Source: an uncultured bacterium (GTDB lineage Bacteria > UBA8481). From it: 64,000 bases of DNA. The position numbers and the translations under genes were made by a program. Position 1 is the stretch's first letter. Each line of letters starts with the position of its first letter. Below, piece after piece: positions 22,677-33,400 of this stretch. Where the stretch lies: the NCBI GenBank assembly GCA_964499705.1, contig CAZCME010000004.1:1-64000 (forward strand), in the 5' to 3' direction. The notes beneath the pieces were generated by a model. The model searched no databases and was not told the origin of the DNA. It saw only the letters and a list, made by a program, of their open reading frames with translations.

Positions 22677-22686
22677 AACTTTCCGC

Positions 22687-23265
22687 TCATGGAAAGAGCG
22701 TCGTCTCCACGTCCGCGCAGAGCGAATGGAGAACGATCTTGTGCACTTCCTGAACCTCGAATGTGCGATCCGAGGGAACCGAGATAACGATATCGGCAGC
22801 CGGTTCCGCAAGCCCCCTTTGACCGGCGAGAGCCATGGTGGCAAGCCCCCGCGCGCGAGCCGCCTTAAGACCGGCAATCACGTTCGCGGATTTTCCGGAC
22901 GTCGTGATTCCAATCGCGACATCTCCCGGCCGCCCGTAGGCCTCAATCTGCCGGACAAAAACGCGATCGTATCCGTAATCGTTCGCGATCGCGGTGAGCG
23001 CGGCCGATTCAGCCGTAAGAGAAATAGCCGGCAACGCGCTGCGTTCCTTCATGAATCGGCCGACAAACTCCGCCGCGAAATGCGACGCGTCCGCGGAACT
23101 GCCTCCGTTGCCGAAGACGAGAATCTTGGAGCCGGATTTCATGGCGCCCACAATGTTGGAAAGCGTATCTTCGTAAGCGGAATAGAAACGATCGTCGAGA
23201 CGCCGCAGGAGGCCCTGGAGATCGGAGATATGAACTTTCAACGAGGACATGACGGCCGCGATCAT
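22687..23265 (-). CDS. gmhA: Phosphoheptose isomerase
   Basis: GNGGSSADASH, NDYGY..VF.RQ, TTSGKS.NV, QEVH. Confidence 0.96.
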   Translation of the reverse strand: MIAAVMSSLKVHISDLQGLLRRLDDRFYSAYEDTLSNIVGAMKSGSKILVFGNGGSSADASHFAAEFVGRFMKERSALPAISLTAESAALTAIANDYGYDRVFVRQIEAYGRPGDVAIGITTSGKSANVIAGLKAARARGLATMALAGQRGLAEPAADIVISVPSDRTFEVQEVHKIVLHSLCADVETTLFP

Positions 23266-23352
23266 ATCTCATCCCATCAGCAAAGGAAACGGGACAGGCT
23301 GAGTTTTGCACCGCCCCCCGTGCATAAATCAGTAAGTCCCGGTTTTACAAAG

Positions 23353-24347
23353 CTAATAATTCGGACCAAACTTGTAGTTCAAGGATACCCGATGGTTGTT
23401 ACCGAGGCTACCGTAGGGAATGAAGGCGTAATCGAGCGCGAGATCGTTGACTTTGACCCCGATTCCGCCGGTCAGCCCTTCATCCGCGTCGATCCGTCCG
23501 TCCCAACCGATGCGCAAAGCGATCATATCCATGACTCTTGCTTCGGCACCCAACTGCAACGTCAGATCCTGATCCCTTACTTTTTCCACGTCTCCCGTGA
23601 ACGTAAGGCGATCGCCCAGGAGATCGACGGCCGCGCCGATGCGGAACAACGCCGGAAGCTGCTCGGACACCGAGTTTGCGGTGGCTCCGGGCACATCGAA
23701 GTTCACGTTCGTCCCGATATTGGCTCCGGTCAATGCCAGCCTGATCGGCAATGTCGAGGGGCGCATGACCATGCCGAGGTCGACCATGAACGAAGTGGCC
23801 GCGATATTGGCAAGCTCCTGGTGCAGAAGCTTGGCGGTTACTCCAAAGCTCATGAATTCATTGTACTGCCGGCCATAGGCCCCCTTGAGGATCCAGTCCG
23901 CTCCGCTGAAGGAACCGGAAGGCGTGGCATTGTTGATGAGATCCGAAAGCGTCACTCGCGGAATCTTGCCGTAGTCCAGGTAGGTCATTCCCACGCCCCA
24001 GCCCGAAATATCCGTGAAGGGCTTGGAATATCCGATCTCGCCATGGCTTATCCCCTGAACAAGGCTCTGGTATGTGGCCTGCACTTCGCTCCGATGGGTA
24101 TAGGCGAGGCCGGCGGGATTGTAATGCATCGCCGCCACGCCCAGCGCGGTCGCCGTTCCAGCGTCACCCATCNNNNNNNNNNGCCGTACGCCATAGCTTG
24201 TATTTCCACGAGATCATGGGCCGCTCCCGAGCCAATGCGAAGTACCGCGCCAGTGGTCGATCCCGCTCCGTTCGTGTTGGACCGGGCGGTCACTCCCGCG
24301 GCCAGGAGCAAGGTTGCGACGCCCGACAGCGCGATCGTCTTCATCAT
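23353..24347 (-). CDS. PorV/PorQ-like outer-membrane beta-barrel, copy 1; interrupted by an assembly gap at 24173-24182
   Basis: Signal peptide, GA.LRIGSGAA...MGDAG......AMHYNPAGL, C-terminal DYAFIPYGSLGNNHRVSLNYKF; paralog of 37847-38779. Confidence 0.8.
24173..24182. other. Scaffold gap (10 N)
   Basis: Run of N in the sequence. Confidence 1.
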
Positions 24348-24437
24348 CCTAATCTCCATCGGACTTCAGCGGCTTCGATTGAAGCTGATATTTCCGCGGG
24401 GCGGCCGGGTGAATCCGGAACCTGATTCGGGGTATCT

Positions 24438-27400
24438 TCATCGGATGATCGCCAGCTTGCCGGTGACCCGCTGGCCCGTCGCATCGTCGGTGACGACATA
24501 GAGATACACTCCGCTGGCCACCGGGCGCCCGTTCGAGCTTATGGCGCCCCAGTTGACCGTCGCGTTCGCGTTGTTCTTCTTGATCTCGATGATCTTCTCG
24601 CCGAAGAGCGTATAGATTTCGATGCGCGTCTGAGGCGTCAGGTTCTTGAACAGGATGCCTGATGTCGCATCGCCGGGCGACCACATCCTGCCGTTCTCAT
24701 CGTTGGCGTCATTGGGAATGTAGGGATTGGGGCCGACAAGGAGCCTGGTCAGCCCCTGGTCCGAAATACCCGTGTCATTCGATATGAAAAAGGGCGAGAA
24801 ATGCCTGATCGTTCCCGTCAGCGTCCTGCGGGTCCTGTTCCAGACGATGTTATCGAGAAGTTCCAGCTGTCCGGCCGCGTTCAGCGTATATATTCTAGCC
24901 TTGGACATATCGATACCTGTTGAATCGTCATAACCATTCTGGTTGGCATCGATGTAATTGATCGTGATCGTGGAAAGCGCGCCCTGGAGGAAATTACCGC
25001 CGGCTCCCGTGAGCGCCAGATGAGCCCAGTACCGGGGGATGGCGCAGCCGGCCGAGCGGATCGCGGCCAGCATCTCCTCGGTGTACGTATCGCGAGTGGC
25101 GCGGGAAGTGACGCGCGCCGTGTCGGTCGGGATCGATCCCTGCGCCAGGTTGAGCACGGCGTCGAAGATTCCGCTGGCCGAGCGGATCACGACGACATCC
25201 GCGGCCGAGCGAGTGGAGACCTGTTGCTCCTGGTAGACGGAATCCTCGGCGGCCCGCTCGTCGCCGGCCAGCACGAGATACGTCAGCGTCCCGGTGTCGC
25301 CGACGAATCCGGGCTGCTGCAGCGTGATGCCGACGGATGTGGCGTATGTGTCTTCACCCTGGCTCGTGACGGCGACCGCGACAATTTCGTAGGAGTCGGC
25401 TTTCAGCGTGCTTGTTTCCCAGAGAAAACTGTAGAACACATTTCCACTGGCATCGAAAGAGGAATCCTGAGCGACACCGATCGTCGAATAGCCAAAGCCG
25501 GACAATGCCTGCGGACGCAGCTTGAACTTGACCTGTATGATGTCGGAAGCCGTGCCCAGGACGAGTTGCGCGACCAGGGGAATGCGGTTCACGACGAGGT
25601 TCGTATCATAATGGATCCGCTCTCCCGCCTGAGGCGTCACAAACCGGACGCTCGCCGCGGGCGACGCGGAGGTCAGTCCGCGGAACACGGCCGTGATGAT
25701 CGCCGAAGCGGTGCTCTTATTGCCCGCGAGATCCTGGGAGACGATGAGAAACCGATACTGGGAATCCGCGTTCATGGAGGTCGTCGAATCGGGAAGCGTG
25801 AGGGAATAGAAGAGCTGGCCCGAGACGTGCGCGAATGTCTTCAGAAGCGCATTCGGATAGAGCCCCAGGCCGGAATCCCAGAAGAGATTATACTGACCTC
25901 CCGTCATGCCCGTGTCCCCCGACGGCGAGGGATTGAACGTGATGACGAGCAGGCCGGGATTGGTCGTCACCGTAAAATTGTCCGGCGGCAGCGGGGGTAT
26001 CCGGTCCGGCACGATGACTATGTACGTGTCATAGTAAACATCCGCGGGCGGACCGGATTCGGTGTACCAGCCGTCCGCGCCCAGCGCCGGAAAGACCACA
26101 CGGACCGTCGGAAGCCCCGTATCGACAAGGCGCACGACGATGAGATATTCCGAAGTGTCCGGAGAAAGCGGCCCCGGTCCCTGGTTGAAGGATTGAAGCT
26201 GCGTATCGGTCGGCATCGCGGTCCCCGCGGAATCCGGAAGATATCGGACCAGCCTCCATCCGTCCGCGAATAAGCCCATGCTGTCGTTCCTGAAATAACC
26301 GACCAGCGCATCACGGACGATATTTCCGGATGTATCGAACGCCTCCGAGTCGAATCTCCTGTTCCTGTTGGCATCCCGATAAAGAGTAACCGTGTCGAAA
26401 CTGAACATGCGCGACGTATCGGAGCCGAGAATGCGGATGAGAAGCGAATGCAGCGTATCGGCTTCCACATCGCTTCTGGGAATAAACCACGCGATCTCCT
26501 TCGTGTCCCCTCTCTGAATCGTGGCTGTCAGGGATGGATTTCGAGGCTCCGTGTGGATAAACATGGAATCGCGACGGTACGTGAAAGTGCAGCTCGATGT
26601 GGCGGCGGCGCCGGGACCGGTGTCCCGATACAACGTTTTCAAGCCGTGAGCGGGGATCCAGGCAAAAAGCGTCGCAGCCTGCGGCACGGTCTCCGCGATC
26701 CGAATCGTCACGAAAAATGTTTCGCCGGCCGGATCTTCCGCGGTGAATCCGTAACTCTGGTTGGCGATGCCCCAGGTTTCCTGCCCTCCCGCGGCCAGTT
26801 GCTTCGCGAGCGGAATGATGCTCTCGCCGGGCGAGAGCGTGAGCGTAACGGTATCGATGTGGCCGATGACCGCACCCGTGAACACGATCGTGAAAATCTG
26901 CAGCGTATCTCCCAGCGTTGTCACGACGGGAATACCCGCGCTGTCGCCTCCGATGAGCCCGGACATGATCACCGTCGGATTGGAATCCTGTGAGCGCGAC
27001 CGGAGCCAGTTCGGATTATTGCGGAGCGCGAAGATCGGATGGACCCACGACTTGCTGCTCAGGGTATCCATGAATGACGCGGACTTCGGCGCGCCGAACG
27101 TGATGTTCCGGGACGCCGTCACGGGGAGATCGGGCCGGTTCGTGAGAAACGTGTGCACGGAATCCGGATCGATCCGGACACGGATTCCGGCGCCCAGCTG
27201 TACCGTGTCGAAGACCTCCGCGACCAGCGTGCAGCTGATCACTGACCCGAAGATGATCGGTGAATCCATCCGTGTCGTTGTCCATCCGGAAGCTTCCTGG
27301 CGCACCAGGATGAACGTATCCCATCCTCCGCCGGCTCGATCGACGAGCACCCAGGCCGCGCGCACACTGTCTCCGCCGCTGGCTCCGTCGCCCGTGAATC

Positions 27401-30400
27401 GAAAAGCGAGGCGCTGCAGGGAATCCGTGGCTGCGGTCGCCGATGTCTGGCCTCGGACGGTCCCGACAAGAGCGATGAAAGGATTCTGCTGAAGCCGTGA
27501 ATCCGGATGAACGGTGATATTGGCGAGGGCGCTGTCCGAGACCAGGACGGTATCGACATGATTGTAACGGATCACGCGGCTGCAGGAGATATTTCCGACG
27601 GAACCGGTCAGGAATGCCGAAGACACCGTTTCGATGAGCGCCGTGAACGATTGACCGATGAAGCGGAGCGGACTGTCGGCTGTCGCGACGCGCACGGTGA
27701 AGCTCTGGCCGGAGTCGATCGTCACGCTTGCGGGAAGACTGAAAACGGGCGATGACGTCGAGGGAGTGACGAGCGTCAGCGTGATCTCCCGAGCCGGCGT
27801 GATGGATCCGGCATCGAGGAAGAGCCGCGTCGAGAGTTGCTCGCCTGTCAGGCCCGGGCTGCAGAACAGCTTTGCGCGGAAAACAACAAGCGAATCGCTC
27901 GGCACGAAGGTCGATGAAAACTTGCCCTGCAGGGCGACCGTCGAGTCGTTCTGCACGCGGAAGGGAGATACCGTGGTATCCGGCAGCGTCGCGGGCGCGA
28001 TCGCGAAGAACGGTTTTCCGAACGTGATCGCGCGCGAGGCCGTCACCGAGCTGTCGGGACGGTTGGTCAGCGCCGTATGAAACGAATCCGCGTCGATCAC
28101 CGCGCGCAGAGTCGTCCCCAGCGCCACGTTCTCCGCGATCTGAACGACCAGGGTGCATCTGAGGCCGGACGATGACGGAATCGTCTCCGAGACGTTGGCG
28201 AACCAGCGGCCGATGCCGTTGGGAAAAAGCGATATGCTGTCGGAAGCCGCAAGGCCGGCGGTTTCGATCTGCACCCAGGCCGCCACGATGCTGTCGCCCG
28301 AATCGGTGATCGCCGATCCTGTGAAACGAAATCCGATCCGCTGGAGCGTATCGCGAAGGGCCGATGCGGAAGTCTGTCCGCGAACCGTTCCTATGAAGGC
28401 GATGAAGGGATTCATGCGCGCGCGCGAATCCGGATGAATGGTGGTATCAGCCAGCGCGCTGTCCGTGACCGCAACGGTGTCGACGTGGTTGAAGCGTATC
28501 ACGCGGCTGCAGGAAATGTTGCCGAGCTGACCGCTCAGGAACGCGGTCGAAGCCGAATCGATGATTGCCGTGATCGATTGGCCGATATAAATGAGCGGAC
28601 TGTCCGTTGTGGCGACGCGGACCGTGAAACTCTGGCCGCTGTCCACGGTCGCGCTCGCCTGGATGCTGTAGATGGGATTGGAGGTGCCCGGTGTCAGGAG
28701 AATCATCGTCGTCTCGCTGGCGGGCGTGAAGGATCCCGCGTCGAGAAACAGGCGCACGGTAAGGGATTCGCCCCGTATCCCCGCGCTGCCGACAAGTTTC
28801 ACCTGGAAGTTCGCCAGCGAATCACTCGGCTCGAACGTCGCCGCGAACTTCCCTTGCAGCGCGATCGTCGAGTCGTTCTGTTCCCGGAACGGAGAAACCG
28901 TCGTGTCGGACAGCGTCGCCGCCGCGATCGTGAAGGAAGTCTTCCCGAACGTGACCAGCCGGGAGGCTGTCACGGAACTGTCCGGCCGATTCGCAAGGGT
29001 CGTGTGAAAAGAATCCGCGTCAATCACGGCGCGCATGGTCGTTCCCAGCGCCACATTTTCCGCGATCTGGACATGGAGCGTGCAGCGGACAGCCGAGGTG
29101 GAGGGAATCGTTTCGGTGAGATTCGCGAACCAGCGGCCGATCCCGTTGGGGAAGAGCGATATGCTGTCGGATGACGCCAGGCCCGCGGACTCGACCTGCA
29201 CCCAGGCCGCGACAATGCTGTCTCCGGCGCTCGTGATCGCCGATCCCGTGAATCGAAAACCGATGCGCTGAAGCGTGTCCGGAATCGCCGACGCGGATGC
29301 CTGGCCGCGCACCGTCCCGATAAAGGCAATGTAGGGATTCATCCGCGCTCGCGAATCCGGATGGATCGTCGTATCGGTGAGCGCGCTGTCCGTGACCGTA
29401 ACCGTGTCGATGAAGTTATACCGAATTACCCGGCTGCACGAAATGTTCCCGGCCTGGCCTGTCAGGAGGCTCGAGGAGGCTGTCTCGATAAGCGCCGTAA
29501 AAGACTGTCCGATGTAGCGAAGCGGACTGTCCGTCGTCGCCACACGCACGGAGAAATTCTGGCCGGTATCGATCGTGACGGCCGCCCCCAGGGCGAACAC
29601 CGGCGACGTCGCGATCGATGTGTCCGCGAGCGCCAGAATGACTTCACCCGCCGGAATGAGGGCCGCGGAATCGAGGAAAAGCCTGACCGTCAGGGATTCG
29701 CCGCGGATTCCGGCGCTTCCCACGAGCTTGACGCGGAGGACCGCGAGCGAGTCGCTGGGAGCATACGTCGAAGTGAATTTGCCCTGCAGAGCCGTCGTCG
29801 AATCGTTCTGGATCCGAAATGGAGTCACGGTCGTGTCCGCCAGGCTCGACGATGCGATCGAGAACGACGGCTTTCCAAACGTGACGGTGCGCGACGCCGT
29901 GACGGAACTGTCGGGCCGGTTCGTGAAGAAGGTATGGAACGAATCCGCGTCGATGACAGCCCGCAGCGTCGAGCCGAGCGTGACATTTTCCGCGATCTGC
30001 ACGACCAGCGTGCAGGGAACGGCCGCTGACGGGAGAAGCGTCTTTGTCACGTTGGACATCCAGCGGCCGACGCCATCGGGAAAGAGCGAAATGCTGTCGG
30101 AGATTCCCAGGCCGGACGTCTCGATCTGAACCCAGGCAGCGACGATGCTGTCCCCCGAAGGCGCGATCGTCGTGCCGGTGAACCGGAATCCGATCCGCTG
30201 CAGCGTGTCCGAGAGCGCCGAGGCGGACGTCTGGCCGCGAATCGTACCGGTGAATGCGATGAACGGATTCATCCGTGCACGCGAATCCGGGTGTATCGTC
30301 GTATCGGCCAGGGGCTGGTCCGTGATGACAACGGTATCGAGATAATTGATCCTGATGATCCTGCTGCAGCTGAGATTCCCGGCGGCACCCTGCGCGAAAA

Positions 30401-33400
30401 GCGCGGTGACGGAATCCGTCGGAATGATGAAGCTGAGCGAATCACCCGCGTATCGAATCGGGGAATCGTTCAGAACCATCCGTATCGTGAACGCCTGGGC
30501 CGAATCCACGACTATCGGCGCGGAAAGACGGTAAGTCGGAGATGTCGATCCCGTGTCCAGGAGAACCAGCGTAGTCTCCCGGCCCGGCTGTGTTGCTCCG
30601 GGTTCGAAGCGCATTCGGAGCGAGTATGATTCGCCGACCGTGCTCCCCAGACCCGTCATGCGGACGCCGAACGTCAGGATGGTGTCGATCGGAATCTGCG
30701 TCGACGTGAACCTCCCCTGCATCGCAACGGTCGAATCGTTCTGGGCCCGGAAGGGCGCCACCGTCGTGTCGCTCAGAGTGACCACGGTCATCGCGAAAGC
30801 GGGCTTATTGAGCGTCACGGTCCTCGATCCCAGGATCGTGTTGCGTGGAATCGAATCGGCCTGATAGAGAGTGCGAACCGAATCGGAGAACATCTCCGCG
30901 CGCAGCCGCGAGCCTGAGGGAATCGTATCCATGACCGTCGCGAAGACGAGAAACGTGTCGGAATTGTCGGGTCCGAGGAGCCGGGAATCGATCGATGCGG
31001 ACCAGTGCCAGATGTTATCGCCGAGCGGCACGGCGGGAGCGGATGCTCCTCGCGTCAGGATGATGGGCCGGCCAGAATCGGAGAGCATGACCGTCACTGC
31101 AGAGACGGAATCCGCCGCGAACTCGCCCGCATTGGCGCTGAAGATCCGGATGGCGAAATAGATGAGCGAATCGCCCACGCCCGGTTGCCATTGCTGCGCG
31201 GCGCTGTCGCTCGCGCGGATGACCTTAGCGTTGACGCCGTTGATCCGGCCCGCGAAAAGGACGAACGGCACATCGCTGTATCGCGAATCCGGATTGAAGG
31301 TCGTATCGGCGTAGTTTCTGTTCTGAGTGATCGTGGTCGTGTCCGTGAAGACGAAATGGACGCTTCGAGCGGAATGCGTTTCACCGGCCAGGCCGGACGT
31401 GATCGTCGAATTGACGGAATCCCGGGGAATACGGGCGAATACGAAATCTCCGCGACCCGCTATTCCACGGAGATTCTGCGCGTTAAGAGTGGTATCGCGG
31501 AACGTCGCGAAAACCTGGAACGGCTGTTCTCGCGCGACCAGGGTATCGGATGTGCCCGTCCTGAACCTCCAGCTCCTCGGATTGTCCAGATAGGAATCGA
31601 GGCTGATCGTGTCGCCGCCGGGCCGCACCACGCTCGGCATAAGATAAAGCCGAACGCTGACGATGGAATCGGCCGTCATGCCCGCTCCGATCGTGTCGAA
31701 GGAAACTCCGAAATGCGTGAGCGTGTCGTACACGGGCGTGATAACGGGGCCGACTCGGGCGTAGATGATGCCGGAGCACACGAGGGTCGGGTTGGAGCCG
31801 AATATCTCCCATGGCGGAATAGACGTGTCGCCTAGATTCCACATACCCAGGGAAATCGGAACGGTGCTGATCTTGTAAAGGCCGGAAGAATCCAGACCCT
31901 GGCCTGGTCCCGGAGCGGACCACGCCGCCGTGCATCCGGCGATCGTGATGAAGGAGGCGAGATCCGTGCCGATCGTGCACGTATCGGCCAGGTTGACGAT
32001 AATCGAGAGCGAATCACCGCTGCGGACGGTGGAATCGAGCCCCGTGATGATCCAGGTATCCCCCATGGCGTTGTCGGCGGGATTCGGATCGATGTTCGTG
32101 AAGAAGATCCTGGGACCGCCAACCTTGAACTGAAAGGAAGCGTTGTAGACGCTGTCCCGAGCCGATCCTCCAAAGCGGATCTGGATCGCCTGCAACGTGT
32201 CGTAATCGGGCTCGATGAGCGAACTGTCCACACGAAAGATTCCGTCGAAGACGCGAACCGGAGTGGTGAAGGCCACGATAGGATCGATCGTGTCCTCGCC
32301 TGGAACCGCGAGAAGTCGGGCCGCGAGACCGAGGAGCGGCCGGGAGCAGGTGAAAGTGTTGCCGGATCCGGCGACGGAGAACGGCCCGGAATCCCGGAAC
32401 GTCGTCACGATGGATTCCGCCGGGATCGCAACGACCACGGTCGCCCCGACAGTCGCGCTCTCCCGGAAAGTCGCATGGACACGGAACGTCCAGGTATCGG
32501 TGACGACCACATTCGGCGCGATAAACCAGGAATCGGAGCCAGCGGGAGAATTGACAGCTCGAAAAGTCTCCGTGTTGATGACGATCGCCACCGAATCCAC
32601 GTCGCTGGCATTGATCCCTGACAACGTGAGCCGGATGCCGAAGCGTTCGAGCGTGTCGCCGCCGATCCCTGAAACGGTGTCGGCCCGCGCGGAACCGCTC
32701 GCCAGCAGGAAGGAATCGACCGTGAAAGAATCCGCCGTGCTCGCGCGCGAGACGCGCGTGTCAGGATGACCCGACCCGTTCGCAAGCGCGTTCATCTGGA
32801 GAATGATGTCCTGCTTGAAGACCGTGACGCGCGCTGTATCGATGCCCGCGGAAGGTCCCGAATCGCGGAAGCTCGTCCGGATGGAGTCGATCGCGACGAT
32901 CGCGCCGATGGTCTCTCCCTGGGGCGCATTCCGGTTCAGTTGAAGATAAACCGCGTACGTGATGCTGTCCGCGAAGAATCGATCCGGGACAATGAAGAGT
33001 GTATCCCCCACGCGGGATGGCACATAGATCGAATCGGCCAGGTGGATCCGCAATCCCGAATCGATGAGGCTGGTCGCGCTGATGCCCGTGGAAAAAGTGA
33101 GGCGGACGGCAAAATACGTCAATGTGTCATTCGTGAGTGAAGGTGCAAGAAGCGTGTCGGCCTCGATTCTTCCGGCCGCCACCAGGAAGGAATCCAGAAC
33201 CCGGGTGTCAGGATGCACGAAAAGCGCGGGCAGGACGGAATCCGTGATCGCGACCCTGGGCCTGGCGATGCGGATCGTCCGACCGGTATCGACGGACACC
33301 GCGGGGCCCGTGGACCGAAATAACGTGCTGATGGAATCCGGAAGGAGCGACGCGGAACACGTTCCGTTGACAGGCGAATTCGGGAGCGTGGTGAGGACCA

